Counted from the stretch's first letter, positions 9,934 through 20,990 are shown. The stretch: DNA of 64,000 bases from Candidatus Babelota bacterium (GCA_049325595.1 JBMOLF010000007.1:47999-111998); one strand, 5' to 3'. The notes: generated from the letters alone by a model not told the origin. Program-made: numbers and translations.

Positions 9934-12660
9934 TTGAAAACATTCGAACCAAAACATACTGTTTTTTTAATTGATGGCTCATCTTTTTTGTACCGAGCTT
10001 ATTATGGCGTAAGACCCTTGCATACCTCTAAGGGTGTTCCTGTGCAAGCAGTGTTTAGTTTTTGCCGTATGATCAAAAAATTGGTGGACAATTTTTCACC
10101 TGAATACATAGCAATTGTCTGGGATAGTAAAGGCAAAACTACCCGTCATGAGATGTATCAAGAATATAAAGCAACTCGCCAAGCACCGCCAAGCGATTTA
10201 TTTGAGCAAAAAGCTCTAATTGTTGAATTTGCCAATTTGATTGGCATTGCTCAAATTCAGCAACAAGGCATCGAAGCGGATGACATTATGTATAGCATTG
10301 CTCAAGAGCGCGCAAATGAAGGCGATACCACTGTTTTAGTAACTTCAGATAAAGATATGGGTCAAGCCTTGAATGGTTCAATAGTTCTTTATGATGCCTT
10401 CAAAGATAGCTTTATGAATACTCCTGCTTTTGAACAAAAATATGGATTTGCTCCTGATAAGCTTGCATTTTATTTTGCTCTTCTTGGCGATACCTCAGAT
10501 AATATTCCGGGGGTAAAGGGCATTGGTGATAAAGGCGCAACTGATTTGGTTAAGCAGTTTGCGAGCCTGCAAGATATGTATGACAACCTTGATAAGGTTA
10601 CTAAAGAGCGTGTAAAGTCTGCATTACTTGCCAATAAAGATAATGCCTTTTTAAGCTATCAACTCTTTGTGCTCCAATACCATCAATCAGGATTATCAAA
10701 AGAACAAATGTTCTTTAATAAAGAAAACTGGGTAAAAGCTCGGGAATTTTTTGCTGAGCTAGATTTTAAGAGTTTAGTAAAAGAAATTGATCAGCAAATT
10801 GCTATAGCTGGTGGCGTTGTGCCTTCGGTCGCCAAAAAAATGGCGCAGTATGAATTTATCACGGTGACTACAACCCAACAACTGGTCGATTTATGTCATG
10901 CTCTTAAAGAAAAAAAAGCTTTTGGTGTTGATACGGAGACAACTGGTTTAGACGCAATGGCAAATGATTGCGTAGGAATTTCTATTAGCGTGGAAGCTGG
11001 CAAATCTTATTATGTACCATTTGGCCACAAAACGGGGGAGCAACAATTAACTAAAGAAGAAATTTTTACTGCCCTAAGACCCTTTTTTGAAGATGCAAAT
11101 TATAAAAAATATTTTCACAATGCAAAATTTGATTTACATGTTTTAGAACAAGCAGGTTTAACGGTTAACGGTCTTGCATTTGATACGCTGGTTGCGGCTA
11201 ACTTAGTGGTAAAAGAATGGCAGCGGATTGGTCTTAAATATTTATCAGAATATTATTTTGACGAACCAATGCTTACCTTTGAAGAAGTAGTAAAAAATAA
11301 TAAATATAAAAATTTTTCTTATGTTCCATTAGAACTGGCAACAACCTATGCAGCAAGTGATGCTCATCAAACGCTGCGGCTTGTTCCTTTGCTTGAAAAA
11401 GAGCTAAAGCAAGAGAAAATGGAAGACCTTTACAATCAAATTGAATTTCCATTAATTTCTGTTTTATATGAAATGGAAAAGAGGGGAATTTATTTAGATG
11501 TTAAGCAATTAGAAGAATTAAATAAGCGTGTTACGCAAGAAATTAAATCACTTGAAGCGCAAATAATACTATTGGCTGGTGAAAAATATCGCGATATAAA
11601 TTTGAATTCTCCGCGACAAATTGAACAATTGCTTTTTGTAGAGTTGCAATTGCCACCACAAAAAAAGAGCGCTAAAGGTACCAGTTATTCTACCGATCAA
11701 GAAGTGTTAGAGGCATTGGCAGCAATTCATCCAGTTCCTGGATTGTTATTGCGTTATCGCGAACTATTTAAATTAAAAAGTACTTATATAGACGCATTGC
11801 CAAATTACGTAAATCCCAAGACAGGATGCATTCATACTACCTATAGCCAAACAGCGGTTGCAACTGGACGTCTATCAAGCTATGACCCCAATTTGCAAAA
11901 TATACCAGCAGACAGCTCAGGATATGGTATAGAAATCCGAGGCGCATTTAAACCAAAGCCTGGACATATTTTCCTTTCTGCTGATTATTCTCAAATTGAG
12001 TTACGAGTATTGGCGCATTTATCGCAGGATAAAAATTTAATAGATGCCTTTTTGGCAGGCCATGATATTCATGCTCAAACCGCATCACGTTTGTTTGATG
12101 TGCCATTAGCTCTTGTTAGCCATGAACAACGACAAATTGGTAAACGAATTAATTTTAGTATTTTATATGGTTTAACGCCCTATGGATTGTCAAAAGACCT
12201 TAATATTCCGTTTAAAGAAGCTAAGCACTATATTGAAAAATATTTTGCTCAATATCCTGGCGTGCAAGAATGGATGGAAAAGGTGATTGTTGATTGTAAG
12301 CATACCGGTTATGTGCAAACCTTATGGGGCCATCGTCGCTATGTGCCAACTATTCATGAAAAAAATCGCGTAATGTATGAAGAAGCTCGTAGAATTGCCA
12401 TCAATACCGTAGCGCAAGGAACCGCGGCCGATATCATGAAAATTGGTATGATCAACCTTGATCGTGCATTAAAAGAGCAAGGACTTGATGCCCATTTGGT
12501 ATTGCAAATTCATGACGAACTGCTTATTAGTGTTCATGAATCACAAAAAGAGCAGGCTGAGCAATTAACTAAATCTATGCTGCAATCGGTAGTGAATTGG
12601 GAAATTCCATTATCAGTGACAACGCGTTTTGGTTCTGATTGGAAAGAAGTTACTAAATAA
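9934..12660 (+). CDS. polA: DNA polymerase I
   Basis: 5'-3' exonuclease LIDGSS..YRAYY, EADD, GDTSDNIPGV; 3'-5' exonuclease DTET, HNAKFD; polymerase ADYSQIELR, LQIHDEL. Likely start is TTG 9934 after AAGGA, in frame with ORF 9838. Confidence 0.97.
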   Translation: MKTFEPKHTVFLIDGSSFLYRAYYGVRPLHTSKGVPVQAVFSFCRMIKKLVDNFSPEYIAIVWDSKGKTTRHEMYQEYKATRQAPPSDLFEQKALIVEFANLIGIAQIQQQGIEADDIMYSIAQERANEGDTTVLVTSDKDMGQALNGSIVLYDAFKDSFMNTPAFEQKYGFAPDKLAFYFALLGDTSDNIPGVKGIGDKGATDLVKQFASLQDMYDNLDKVTKERVKSALLANKDNAFLSYQLFVLQYHQSGLSKEQMFFNKENWVKAREFFAELDFKSLVKEIDQQIAIAGGVVPSVAKKMAQYEFITVTTTQQLVDLCHALKEKKAFGVDTETTGLDAMANDCVGISISVEAGKSYYVPFGHKTGEQQLTKEEIFTALRPFFEDANYKKYFHNAKFDLHVLEQAGLTVNGLAFDTLVAANLVVKEWQRIGLKYLSEYYFDEPMLTFEEVVKNNKYKNFSYVPLELATTYAASDAHQTLRLVPLLEKELKQEKMEDLYNQIEFPLISVLYEMEKRGIYLDVKQLEELNKRVTQEIKSLEAQIILLAGEKYRDINLNSPRQIEQLLFVELQLPPQKKSAKGTSYSTDQEVLEALAAIHPVPGLLLRYRELFKLKSTYIDALPNYVNPKTGCIHTTYSQTAVATGRLSSYDPNLQNIPADSSGYGIEIRGAFKPKPGHIFLSADYSQIELRVLAHLSQDKNLIDAFLAGHDIHAQTASRLFDVPLALVSHEQRQIGKRINFSILYGLTPYGLSKDLNIPFKEAKHYIEKYFAQYPGVQEWMEKVIVDCKHTGYVQTLWGHRRYVPTIHEKNRVMYEEARRIAINTVAQGTAADIMKIGMINLDRALKEQGLDAHLVLQIHDELLISVHESQKEQAEQLTKSMLQSVVNWEIPLSVTTRFGSDWKEVTK

Positions 12661-12684
12661 TTATTTTTATTTAGGTGTCCGGGG

Positions 12685-13047
12685 CTATTTTTTTAGATTT
12701 TCATGTAAAAGTTTAGCATTAACCCGGGTAAAATAATCGATTGCTTGTTCAAGCGTCATGCTATAAAGATTTGGATGTTCAAATTTTGTTCCTTTAAGCT
12801 TATCATATGTTATATTTAAATGATTGATTAATTGGGTAAAAGAATCGCAACTACGAATAATCAAATCCGGATTTATTTTTAAAGAATCCGCATTAAAATT
12901 TTGTTGTTTTAAAAGAATAATTTTAGCTTGTAAAACAGCAATGGAATCATGTTTTTCAGGAATCATAATATTGTTGCTCATTGCCTTGTTTGTTAGATGA
13001 ACTGTGGCTGAGAAGAGTAACAAAGTGATAAATGCTATTTGCTTCAT
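12685..13047 (-). CDS. Secreted hypothetical protein
   Basis: Signal peptide ending NKA-MSN; GGGAG RBS. Confidence 0.65.
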   Translation of the reverse strand: MKQIAFITLLLFSATVHLTNKAMSNNIMIPEKHDSIAVLQAKIILLKQQNFNADSLKINPDLIIRSCDSFTQLINHLNITYDKLKGTKFEHPNLYSMTLEQAIDYFTRVNAKLLHENLKK

Positions 13048-13065
13048 ATTCTCCCTTTTTGATTT

Positions 13066-13761
13066 TTAGTAAGCTTTGTAATGTAACATTTCTAAATATA
13101 ATTTATCTTGTTGCAATGCTTCTGGATGGGCTACCCATTTATTGCTAGATAATACTAATTCTGCAATGCGCTCATAGTAATACAAAGGGGTTAAGCCATA
13201 ATCATCTTCAATATAGGGGTTTGCGCCATGAGCAAGCAAGGCATGAACAATATTTTGTTGGTTTAGAGTTAATTTTTTATTGGGCCATTCTTTATTTATT
13301 AAAATGGCATAGGTTAATGGTGTTTGCCCCAAATCGTCTTGCGCATTAACATCGGCCTCTTGCTCGAGCAAATAAAGAACCATAGGTAGATTTCCTTTGC
13401 TGCAGGCAAGCATGAGTGGCGTAACGCCGCCATGTTCATTAGAAAGTAATGAAAAAGAAAAATCTTTACTGTTCTTATTTTTGTAATTCACATTGGCACG
13501 AGCTGATACAAGAAGTTGTGCAATATTAAGATGACCTAAATAAGATGCAAAATGCAAAGGAGTATTGTGATTTGTATTAATAGCATTTGGATCAGCTTTT
13601 CTGCGCAATAAAGAATTTGTTTGGATTGTATTACCTCGTTTTGCCGCCTCAATGAGGGCATGATTAATCATGGCTTGTTGGCGTATAGGTAATTCACTTG
13701 GAGTGGTAATGCAGCAGAAAAGTGAGGCTGCTATGAAAAATAGCTGAAAAATGTGTTTCAT
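13066..13761 (-). CDS. Secreted ankyrin-repeat protein
   Basis: Signal peptide; TPLHFAS..GH, GVTPLMLACSKG, GQTPLTYA, GLTPL repeats. Confidence 0.92.
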   Translation of the reverse strand: MKHIFQLFFIAASLFCCITTPSELPIRQQAMINHALIEAAKRGNTIQTNSLLRRKADPNAINTNHNTPLHFASYLGHLNIAQLLVSARANVNYKNKNSKDFSFSLLSNEHGGVTPLMLACSKGNLPMVLYLLEQEADVNAQDDLGQTPLTYAILINKEWPNKKLTLNQQNIVHALLAHGANPYIEDDYGLTPLYYYERIAELVLSSNKWVAHPEALQQDKLYLEMLHYKAY

Positions 13762-13986
13762 AACCAACCTTTTTTAGTTAATATCGAAGCTTTTAATTAT
13801 TTATTTTTATTTCTAAGAAAAATTCTACCCCAAATGAGTTTTTTGTCAATTTAATCATTCAGAGAGTAAGGGCATGAAATTTTCAAATTGTTAACATGAG
13901 AAATTTCCAAGATAGAATGCCAAAATTATTATTTAATTAGAAAATTTTGATATGGAGTGATATAGAGTAAAAATCTCTAAGAATGA

Positions 13987-14016
13987 TTGACATTTTTATA
14001 GACAAGGTCATACTAT
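13987..14016 (+). promoter_or_regulatory. Putative sigma70 promoter of rpmA
   Basis: TTGACA-18 nt-TACTAT upstream of rpmA. Confidence 0.5.
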
Positions 14017-14109
14017 ACATGATCTTTGATTAGATTCATGTCAGTATAGTCTATCAAAAAACAAACGTTTCATTTGATAAATATCACATAATATTTTTAA
14101 AGGATTGCG

Positions 14110-14370
14110 ATGGCAACGAGTAAATCCGGTGGTTCGACGCAGAATGGTCGCGATAGTATAAGTAAACGTTTAGGCGTCAAAATTTTTGATGGCCAAGTAG
14201 TTAACGGCGGCGAAATTATAGTTCGTCAACGCGGCACACGCATTCATGCAGGAAAATTTGTAGGAAAAGGAAGTGACGATACCTTGTTTGTATTAAAACC
14301 AGGGATATTAAAGTTCCATTATGGTCCTAAAGGTCGTCGTTACGTTTCAGTAGTTCCAGTAGCTCAGTAA
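14110..14370 (+). CDS. rpmA: 50S ribosomal protein bL27
   Basis: [35 protein letters not shown]. Confidence 0.97.
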   Translation: MATSKSGGSTQNGRDSISKRLGVKIFDGQVVNGGEIIVRQRGTRIHAGKFVGKGSDDTLFVLKPGILKFHYGPKGRRYVSVVPVAQ

Positions 14371-14463
14371 ACATATTGTTTTCTAGCTGGAAATGCATTC
14401 CCCTAGTTATCCCAGTATGAAGTATAGAAAAAACGAGAAAAATCTAGTTTTACGGAGAGAGCA

Positions 14464-15351
14464 ATGATTGATTTTGTCAAGCATCGTTATATAGCGTTGA
14501 CGCTCAGCGGGTTATTTGTTTTAGCAGCAATTGGCCTTTATGGGTATCGACTTATGACAACAGGTCAAACATTTGCCTATAGCGTAGACTTTACCGGTGG
14601 TGCGCAAGTTTTATTAAAATTTGATAAACCAGTAAGCACTATTCAAATAAGAGATATTCTAGAAAAAGAGGGAATGCAGGGTGTTATTACCCGAGAGTTT
14701 TCTGAGGATGAAGTTTTAGTTCGCGTAAAAGAATTAACATCTGATTCTAAATTGCTTGGCGAAAATATCAAAAATACTATCCAAAGTAACATTCCAGATA
14801 ATAATGTTAAAATCTTGCAAACGGAAATCGTTGGGCCGGGTGTTGGCAAAACATTGCGCTGGAATTCTATCTGGGCTGTATTGATTTCTTTGATTGCCAT
14901 TTTGATTTATATCGCCATAAGATTTAGATCGGCTGCTTTTGCAATAGGGGCAATTGTAGCTCTTGCGCATGATGCATTGGTTATGTTGGCTGCATGCTTG
15001 ATATTTAATCGAGAAATTTCGATTACCGTGATCGGTGCAATGCTTGCGGTGCTTGGATATTCTATTAATGATACTATCGTAATCTTTGCAAGAATTCGCG
15101 ATAATTTGAAAAAAATGCCTCAGGCATCGCTTGAGCAAATTGTTAATATAAGCTTGAACTCTACTTTGCGTAGAACCTTGCTTACTAGCTTTGCAACAAT
15201 GCTCACTGTGCTTGCAATGTTTATATTGGGTGGCGAAGCATTAAGAGACTTTTCATTTATATTGCTTGTGGGTATTATTTTTGGTACCTATTCCTCAATA
15301 TATATTGCAAGTCCTATTATGATGATGTTATACAATAAAAAAAATAAGTAA
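14464..15351 (+). CDS. secF: Protein translocase subunit SecF
   Basis: VDFTGG, VGPGVG, YIAIRF, ALAHD, GYSINDTIVIFARIRDN, RTLLTS, GTYSSIYIA. Confidence 0.95.
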   Translation: MIDFVKHRYIALTLSGLFVLAAIGLYGYRLMTTGQTFAYSVDFTGGAQVLLKFDKPVSTIQIRDILEKEGMQGVITREFSEDEVLVRVKELTSDSKLLGENIKNTIQSNIPDNNVKILQTEIVGPGVGKTLRWNSIWAVLISLIAILIYIAIRFRSAAFAIGAIVALAHDALVMLAACLIFNREISITVIGAMLAVLGYSINDTIVIFARIRDNLKKMPQASLEQIVNISLNSTLRRTLLTSFATMLTVLAMFILGGEALRDFSFILLVGIIFGTYSSIYIASPIMMMLYNKKNK

Positions 15352-15678
15352 TTATTTAAAATAATAGTAAGAGTAGTAATAAAAAAGTAGTAGAAGGCGT
15401 TGTTTGTATAAAAAGCGCCTTTATAACCTTGTTATGATTAAAAAAGGTTATATATTAATTAGCGTATGCATTACATGTGTCTCCTCTGAAAAGTTATTTC
15501 AGAAAATTTAATAGAAATTAATGTATGAAAAGCACAATAAGTTGCTGCTTTTTAAATGAAATTCAAATCACGTCATATTTGTTAGCTAATACTCATGTGA
15601 TAATAATGAATATGCAGTATTAGGCATCTAAGGAGTTTTTCAAATGATATCTATGCGTTACTATTCTAAAAGGAGATT

Positions 15679-17361
15679 TTGATGATTGATCAAGATCAAA
15701 AACAACCTTTGACTCCCATACAGGAAGATACCACAACTGAGGTTGGACAAAAGGAAGTTGCCGAAAAAGAACAAACTACTCCGGCAGATTTATCTGAAAT
15801 TAAAGTTGAGAATCAAATAGAAAATGAAACTCAACCACAAACAACTCCCCCAATGCGTAGTCAAGGCCGTTCAACTCGTAGTGGACATCGCACTGAACGT
15901 AGATATCATCAAAAAAATACTGATGTTATTCAAAAAGCAGAGCCAGTAAGACCATCCGAATCAAAAGGTTTAGAAAGAGCGTATGATGAACAACCGCCAT
16001 CTGAAGGGCGTCTAGAAGCGCGTAGACCTGAGCAACGCTATTACGATAATCAACGTGAGCGTGCTAAAGAATATCGTGCTCCGCAGCAACCATTAGCTAT
16101 AGAAGAACTCTCATTAATGGAGTTAAATTCATATGCGAGAAAGTTAGGAATTATTGGCGCTGCCTTAATGACCAAGCAAAAATTAATCGAGCGTATTAAA
16201 TATGTTGAAGCTCATCCAGAGATGGAACTTGAGGTTGAAGGGGTTTTAGAAAAACTACCTGATGGATTTGGTTTTTTACGTTCTGCTCAATATGATTATG
16301 TTTCGGGTCCCGATGATGTTTATGTTTCGCCATCGCAAATTAGACGTTTTAATTTACGTACGGGCGACACTATTTCTGGGGTGATTCGTAAACCAAAAGA
16401 AGGTGAAAAATATTTTGCATTGCTCAAAGTTAATAAAGTTAATTTTGAAGAGCCATCAACTACCGCAGATCGCCCGAGTTTTGATCGCTTAACGCCTTTA
16501 CATCCAAATAAAAAATTTAATTTAGAGTTTGATCCAACCATAATTTCTACCCGAATTATGGATTTGTTTACCCCAATTGGTAAAGGTCAACGAGCTCTTA
16601 TCGTTGCACCCCCAAAAGTTGGTAAAACGATGCTTTTAAAAGAAATAGCGCAAGCTCTTATTGCCAACCATCCTGAATCACATTTGATTGTTTTACCAAT
16701 TGATGAACGTCCAGAAGAAGTTGCTGATATGAAGCGTACGGTGCGCGGTACTCCTGCTGAAGTTATTAGTTCGACCTTTGATGAGTCTGCAGAGCGCCAT
16801 GTACAGGTTGCTGAAATTGTGCTTGAAAAAGCAAAACGCATGGTTGAGTCTGGCAAAGATGTCGTAATTCTTCTAGATTCTATCACTCGTCTTGCGCGTG
16901 CTTATAATACGGTAGCTCCTGCTTCAGGTAAGGTTTTAACTGGTGGGATCGATGCAAATGCTTTGCAAAGACCAAAACGATTCTTTGGTGCAGCGCGTAA
17001 TACCGAAGAGGGTGGATCACTTACTATTATTGCCACCGCGTTAATTGATACCGGTTCTCGTATGGATGAAGTAATCTATGAAGAATTTAAGGGTACTGGT
17101 AACCTTGAAATGCACATGACTCGTAAGTTATCTAACCGTCGTATTTACCCAGCATTTGATTTACTCATGTCTGGCACACGTCGTGAAGATCTCTTGCTTT
17201 CTGAAGAAGATCTTAACAAAGTATGGATTCTACAGAAATTCTTAGCGACTATGAGCACTATCGAAGGTATGGAGTTCTTGATTGATAAGATGAAGAAAAC
17301 CAAAACAAATCGTGAATTCATAGAAAGCATAAATAAGAAAACGGTTCCTACTGCTTCTTAA
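15679..17361 (+). CDS. rho: Transcription termination factor Rho with long N-terminal extension
   Basis: [60 protein letters not shown]; about 135 aa polar N-terminal extension. Confidence 0.97.
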   Translation: MMIDQDQKQPLTPIQEDTTTEVGQKEVAEKEQTTPADLSEIKVENQIENETQPQTTPPMRSQGRSTRSGHRTERRYHQKNTDVIQKAEPVRPSESKGLERAYDEQPPSEGRLEARRPEQRYYDNQRERAKEYRAPQQPLAIEELSLMELNSYARKLGIIGAALMTKQKLIERIKYVEAHPEMELEVEGVLEKLPDGFGFLRSAQYDYVSGPDDVYVSPSQIRRFNLRTGDTISGVIRKPKEGEKYFALLKVNKVNFEEPSTTADRPSFDRLTPLHPNKKFNLEFDPTIISTRIMDLFTPIGKGQRALIVAPPKVGKTMLLKEIAQALIANHPESHLIVLPIDERPEEVADMKRTVRGTPAEVISSTFDESAERHVQVAEIVLEKAKRMVESGKDVVILLDSITRLARAYNTVAPASGKVLTGGIDANALQRPKRFFGAARNTEEGGSLTIIATALIDTGSRMDEVIYEEFKGTGNLEMHMTRKLSNRRIYPAFDLLMSGTRREDLLLSEEDLNKVWILQKFLATMSTIEGMEFLIDKMKKTKTNREFIESINKKTVPTAS

Positions 17362-17376
17362 TATTGATTATAATGA

Positions 17377-17408
17377 TGTATGCAGGTTAGTAAAAAAGCC
17401 TGCATACA
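17377..17408 (+). terminator. Hairpin after rho (probable terminator)
   Basis: TGTATGCAGGTT / AGCCTGCATACA inverted repeat; weak T tract. Confidence 0.5.
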
Positions 17409-17430
17409 CTTATAAAATACGTGGTAGTAT

Positions 17431-18039
17431 ATGAAATGGATTCTTTGCTTTATTTTTTTTTCTTTTTTGGAAAGTGCTTGTCAAGAACAAGAGTTGCACT
17501 CAAAACCTTTTGAATCATATTTGTTAACACAAATTGAAGAAAATGAAGCTCATCAAAAAACCTATCTAGAGTTTTTAAAAAAACAAAAACAAAAATCTAA
17601 TCAGGCATTCTGTTCTGAATTATTTTATAAAGAAACAAAATTTTTTTTGTATGGCTTATATTGCGTCCAAACTTTGATTGAAAAAGATTTAAATAAATCG
17701 TTTTTTTATATTGAACAGCATCTTTATGCTGCCGCGGATTTACAAAAGGCATTATGTAGCCTTAAAGCTGGAATTATTCAAACATTATGGGATAATCATT
17801 GCTTCCTATCGCATATTGAGACTGCAACGCATTATCAAAAAAAAGGGTATGGTTCGTGTTTGATGGGCCATTTAGAGGCATTAGCTCGAAATGCACACTG
17901 TGAAAAAATTATTTTAGACTCAAAACAGGAAGCTGTTCAATTTTATGAAAAATTGGGATTTAAACAAGATTATGATCGAGATAGTTCGTACGATAATTGC
18001 ATAGCGATGGTGAAATATTTAAATGAGAGGAAAAAATAA
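17431..18039 (+). CDS. Secreted GNAT acetyltransferase
   Basis: Signal peptide; motif A YQKKGYGSCLM; motif B AVQFYEKLGF. Confidence 0.85.
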   Translation: MKWILCFIFFSFLESACQEQELHSKPFESYLLTQIEENEAHQKTYLEFLKKQKQKSNQAFCSELFYKETKFFLYGLYCVQTLIEKDLNKSFFYIEQHLYAAADLQKALCSLKAGIIQTLWDNHCFLSHIETATHYQKKGYGSCLMGHLEALARNAHCEKIILDSKQEAVQFYEKLGFKQDYDRDSSYDNCIAMVKYLNERKK

Positions 18040-18638
18040 TGATACTAGTACTTATGGCTCTAATATCACTAACTATGATTGCGCAAGAAAAGCCCTTAAT
18101 TAATTATTTAAATGAAAAACAATATCGCAAGCTTGATGTATCTAATAGTAGTTTTGCTTCTCACCAAATTTATTGTAAGAATGAAGAATACAACACCAAT
18201 TCATTAGTACTCAAAAATACATGGATAATTAATAAACATACTTGCTGTGGCAATAAAATATTGATAGACCAAAATAATCAAGAATTATTTTGTGGAATAG
18301 AGATAAAAAATGTTGATAACCATCCATGTTGTTATATAACCCTCAATTATGATGGTATGGATAAGCATTATTTTACTCTGATACAACAAAAGCTCGAAGA
18401 AGAGCTTATGGCAGCAGAAGTTTCTTTGATTAAAGGTGAAATAATAGACGGTGAACTGGAATTTTATGAAAAGCTTGGATTTAAATTAGATGACCAAAAA
18501 AATGCCCTTCCCCTATGTAAAAAAATTATAAAAGAGCTTAACCAAGCAAGCAATTCTCCTGCTATTTCAAAATATCAAGAGACAAGTCAGAAAATTCGCC
18601 GTGCTGCGCTCGATAGTTTCCTACATACGCAATCATAG
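18039..18638 (+). CDS. Secreted degenerate GNAT-like protein
   Basis: Signal peptide; keeps FYEKLGFK but lacks motif A; TAATG overlap with upstream gene; 3' end overlaps tsaD. Confidence 0.55.
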   Translation: MILVLMALISLTMIAQEKPLINYLNEKQYRKLDVSNSSFASHQIYCKNEEYNTNSLVLKNTWIINKHTCCGNKILIDQNNQELFCGIEIKNVDNHPCCYITLNYDGMDKHYFTLIQQKLEEELMAAEVSLIKGEIIDGELEFYEKLGFKLDDQKNALPLCKKIIKELNQASNSPAISKYQETSQKIRRAALDSFLHTQS

Positions 18639-19596
18639 CGGCGTTATCAGTGCAGTATTTAGGAGAAGGCCAATAAAGCGACAAGCCATGAGTGTTACAC
18701 CATTCTTGTAAATGGTATTTAATATATTTGTTGCACGCAACGCCACCAACAAAGGTAACAGCTTTTATTGCAGGATATAGGTGGTGTGCTCGTGCAATTT
18801 TTTGAATAAAAATATCTTTGATTGCAACGAGTAATGAACTACATACTTTATTAATAAATTGGTCATCACCAGCACGTAAAAACGTTTTTGTTTGCATGTC
18901 ATATGCTTTTTGTTTTACTAGATCATACAAAACAGCGGTTTTAAGACCAGAAAAACTAAAATCAAGTGAATTACTTGTTGAGCGTGGATAAGAAAAATAA
19001 TCCTCAAAATGTGCCTGTGCAGCGCGTTGTTCAATTATAGGGCCACCAGGATAACCAAGACCTAGTAATTTTGCTACTTTATCAAATGCTTCACCTGCCG
19101 CGTCGTCGGCTGTTTGACCAATAATTTGATATTTACCAAAATCTTCTACTAAGTAGAGTGATGTATGTCCACCAGAAGCAGTTAAACATACATGAGGAAA
19201 TGGAATGTTATGCTCTAAAAAAGCTGAAAAAGCATGTCCTTCTAAATGATTTACACCAATTAACTTTTTTTGTTTTGACCAGGCTAGCGCCTTAGCAAAG
19301 CACACACCAATTAACAAAGATCCTGGCAAACCAGGTTTGTTAGTAACCGCTATAACATCAATATCATCTAGGGTTATCTTTGCTTGTTCTAACGCATGAG
19401 CTACAATGGTATTTATTTTTTCAAGATGTGCACGAGATGCAATTTCGGGTACCACACCACCATAATTTTGATGGAGAGCAATCTGTGAAAATAATACATT
19501 TGATAAAATACCACGTTGAGCATCATAGACTGCGGCAGCAGTTTCATCGCACGATGTTTCTATACCAAGGGTAAAGCGAATGCGGTTGTTTTCCAT
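18562..19596 (-). CDS. tsaD: tRNA t6A threonylcarbamoyltransferase
   Basis: LGIETSCDET, GGVVPEIASRAH, HLEGH, SGGHT, DDAAGEAFDK, FSFSGLKTA, GGVACN, DNAAMI. Confidence 0.97.
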   Translation of the reverse strand: MENNRIRFTLGIETSCDETAAAVYDAQRGILSNVLFSQIALHQNYGGVVPEIASRAHLEKINTIVAHALEQAKITLDDIDVIAVTNKPGLPGSLLIGVCFAKALAWSKQKKLIGVNHLEGHAFSAFLEHNIPFPHVCLTASGGHTSLYLVEDFGKYQIIGQTADDAAGEAFDKVAKLLGLGYPGGPIIEQRAAQAHFEDYFSYPRSTSNSLDFSFSGLKTAVLYDLVKQKAYDMQTKTFLRAGDDQFINKVCSSLLVAIKDIFIQKIARAHHLYPAIKAVTFVGGVACNKYIKYHLQEWCNTHGLSLYWPSPKYCTDNAAMIAYVGNYRAQHGEFSDLSLDILK

Positions 19597-20300
19597 TAGA
19601 AATTGAATGCTACTATTGTTTTAGGGTGTGCAAATTGTTTTACTTCTTGTCTGATATTGGCATGAATAGTATCTAAATCAAGCGCCGAGATTAAAATTTT
19701 TGCCGATTCTTGATGGAGCTTTTCTTCTGAGCCAGTAATTTTTAAAACATCAGGTTTTACAATGATTTTAGGAAATTCAAATGAGCTACCCCCGTCGAGC
19801 CGTTCAACAAACGTAGGCTCATAGCAAACGATGATGGTATCGTCAGGAAGTCTACCATTTTGAGGCAACTCAATTTCCTTGATAAGCCATTTATAAACCA
19901 TTGTTGCATTATTTTTTTGCTCGACGTTATCAGTTTTTTCTTCTGGAATTAATACTAATTCAATGGCATAAAACTTATAGGGCTCTGTAGGGTTTATTTT
20001 AAGATATTCAATAGTATTAGTTTTAGGCGCAGTAAGCTCGTAACTCATATTTTTAGCATTTACAATTACCATATAAAAAAATGTTCTTTGACGGTAATCA
20101 GAAATGGCAAAAGAAACTTTTTTGGTCTCATGATCTAGCTCACCACTAATTTTGCGACCTGCACAATATACCCGAACATCAGGTACTTTTTTTAAGGTTA
20201 ATGGGAATTGAATAGTGCCACTAAAAACGGTTTTTTCAATAAAACTCAATGAGTTTTGAACATACAAGAGGGTAAAAATTATAAAGAATAGTTTTTTCAT
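19596..20300 (-). CDS. Secreted/periplasmic hypothetical protein
   Basis: Signal peptide from MKKLFF at 20300; stop overlaps tsaD start. Confidence 0.7.
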   Translation of the reverse strand: MKKLFFIIFTLLYVQNSLSFIEKTVFSGTIQFPLTLKKVPDVRVYCAGRKISGELDHETKKVSFAISDYRQRTFFYMVIVNAKNMSYELTAPKTNTIEYLKINPTEPYKFYAIELVLIPEEKTDNVEQKNNATMVYKWLIKEIELPQNGRLPDDTIIVCYEPTFVERLDGGSSFEFPKIIVKPDVLKITGSEEKLHQESAKILISALDLDTIHANIRQEVKQFAHPKTIVAFNF

Positions 20301-20405
20301 GAAGCCTCTTATCGGTCGGTTTTTTGCAATAGCCAAATAGATAACTATAGATTAGAATATATAAAAAAATGGTTTTTTCAAAAAACCTAACTAAATGAAC
20401 AAAAA

Positions 20406-20867
20406 ATGAAAATAATTGCCCAAAATAAAAAAGCTTTTCACGATTATCATATTCTCAATACTATCGAAGCAGGAATTGTGCTTACTGGTGATGAGGTAAA
20501 ATCGTTACGGTTAGGCCATGTTGCCTTAGTAGGTTCTTTTGCAACAGTGCATCAGGGGGAGCTCTACTTAATTAATTGTAAAATTACTCCTTATGCTAAA
20601 GCATACCAGGTAAAAGATGAGCAGGCTTCAACACGTAGTCGCAAACTGTTGTTGCACAAACGTGAACTTACCAAACTTATTGGAGATATTGCCAAAAAAG
20701 GAATTACGATTGTTCCTTTAAAACTATATTTTAATAATAAGAATTTGGTTAAAGTTGAACTTGGCATTGCAAAGCACAAAAAAACTACCGATAAAAAATC
20801 TGAACTTAAAGAACGCGATATTAAGCGCGAAACATCGCGTGAATTGCGCGGGAAAATAAGATTTTAA
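20406..20867 (+). CDS. smpB: SsrA-binding protein
   Basis: NKKAFHDY, EAGIVLTGDEVKSLR, RKLLLHKRE, IVPLKLY, basic tail; adjacent to tmRNA. Confidence 0.97.
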   Translation: MKIIAQNKKAFHDYHILNTIEAGIVLTGDEVKSLRLGHVALVGSFATVHQGELYLINCKITPYAKAYQVKDEQASTRSRKLLLHKRELTKLIGDIAKKGITIVPLKLYFNNKNLVKVELGIAKHKKTTDKKSELKERDIKRETSRELRGKIRF

Positions 20868-20937
20868 TAGATTTCTCATGTTTAGTCAGAAATAATTGAA
20901 TTATTAATCGAATTAATGGTTAAAACAGCTCGATTTA

Positions 20938-20966
20938 TTGACTGATATACCAATTGAAAGTAATCT
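20938..20966 (+). promoter_or_regulatory. Putative sigma70 promoter of ssrA
   Basis: TTGACT-17 nt-TAATCT, ending about 25 nt before the tmRNA 5' end. Confidence 0.6.
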
Positions 20967-20990
20967 TATTTATAAGTATTTGAAATGTAT

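Noticed and set aside
15352..15678. Riboswitch or structured leader before rho
   Set aside because: AT-rich with only a weak hairpin at about 15394-15421; no recognisable aptamer consensus by eye (an Rfam scan would settle it).
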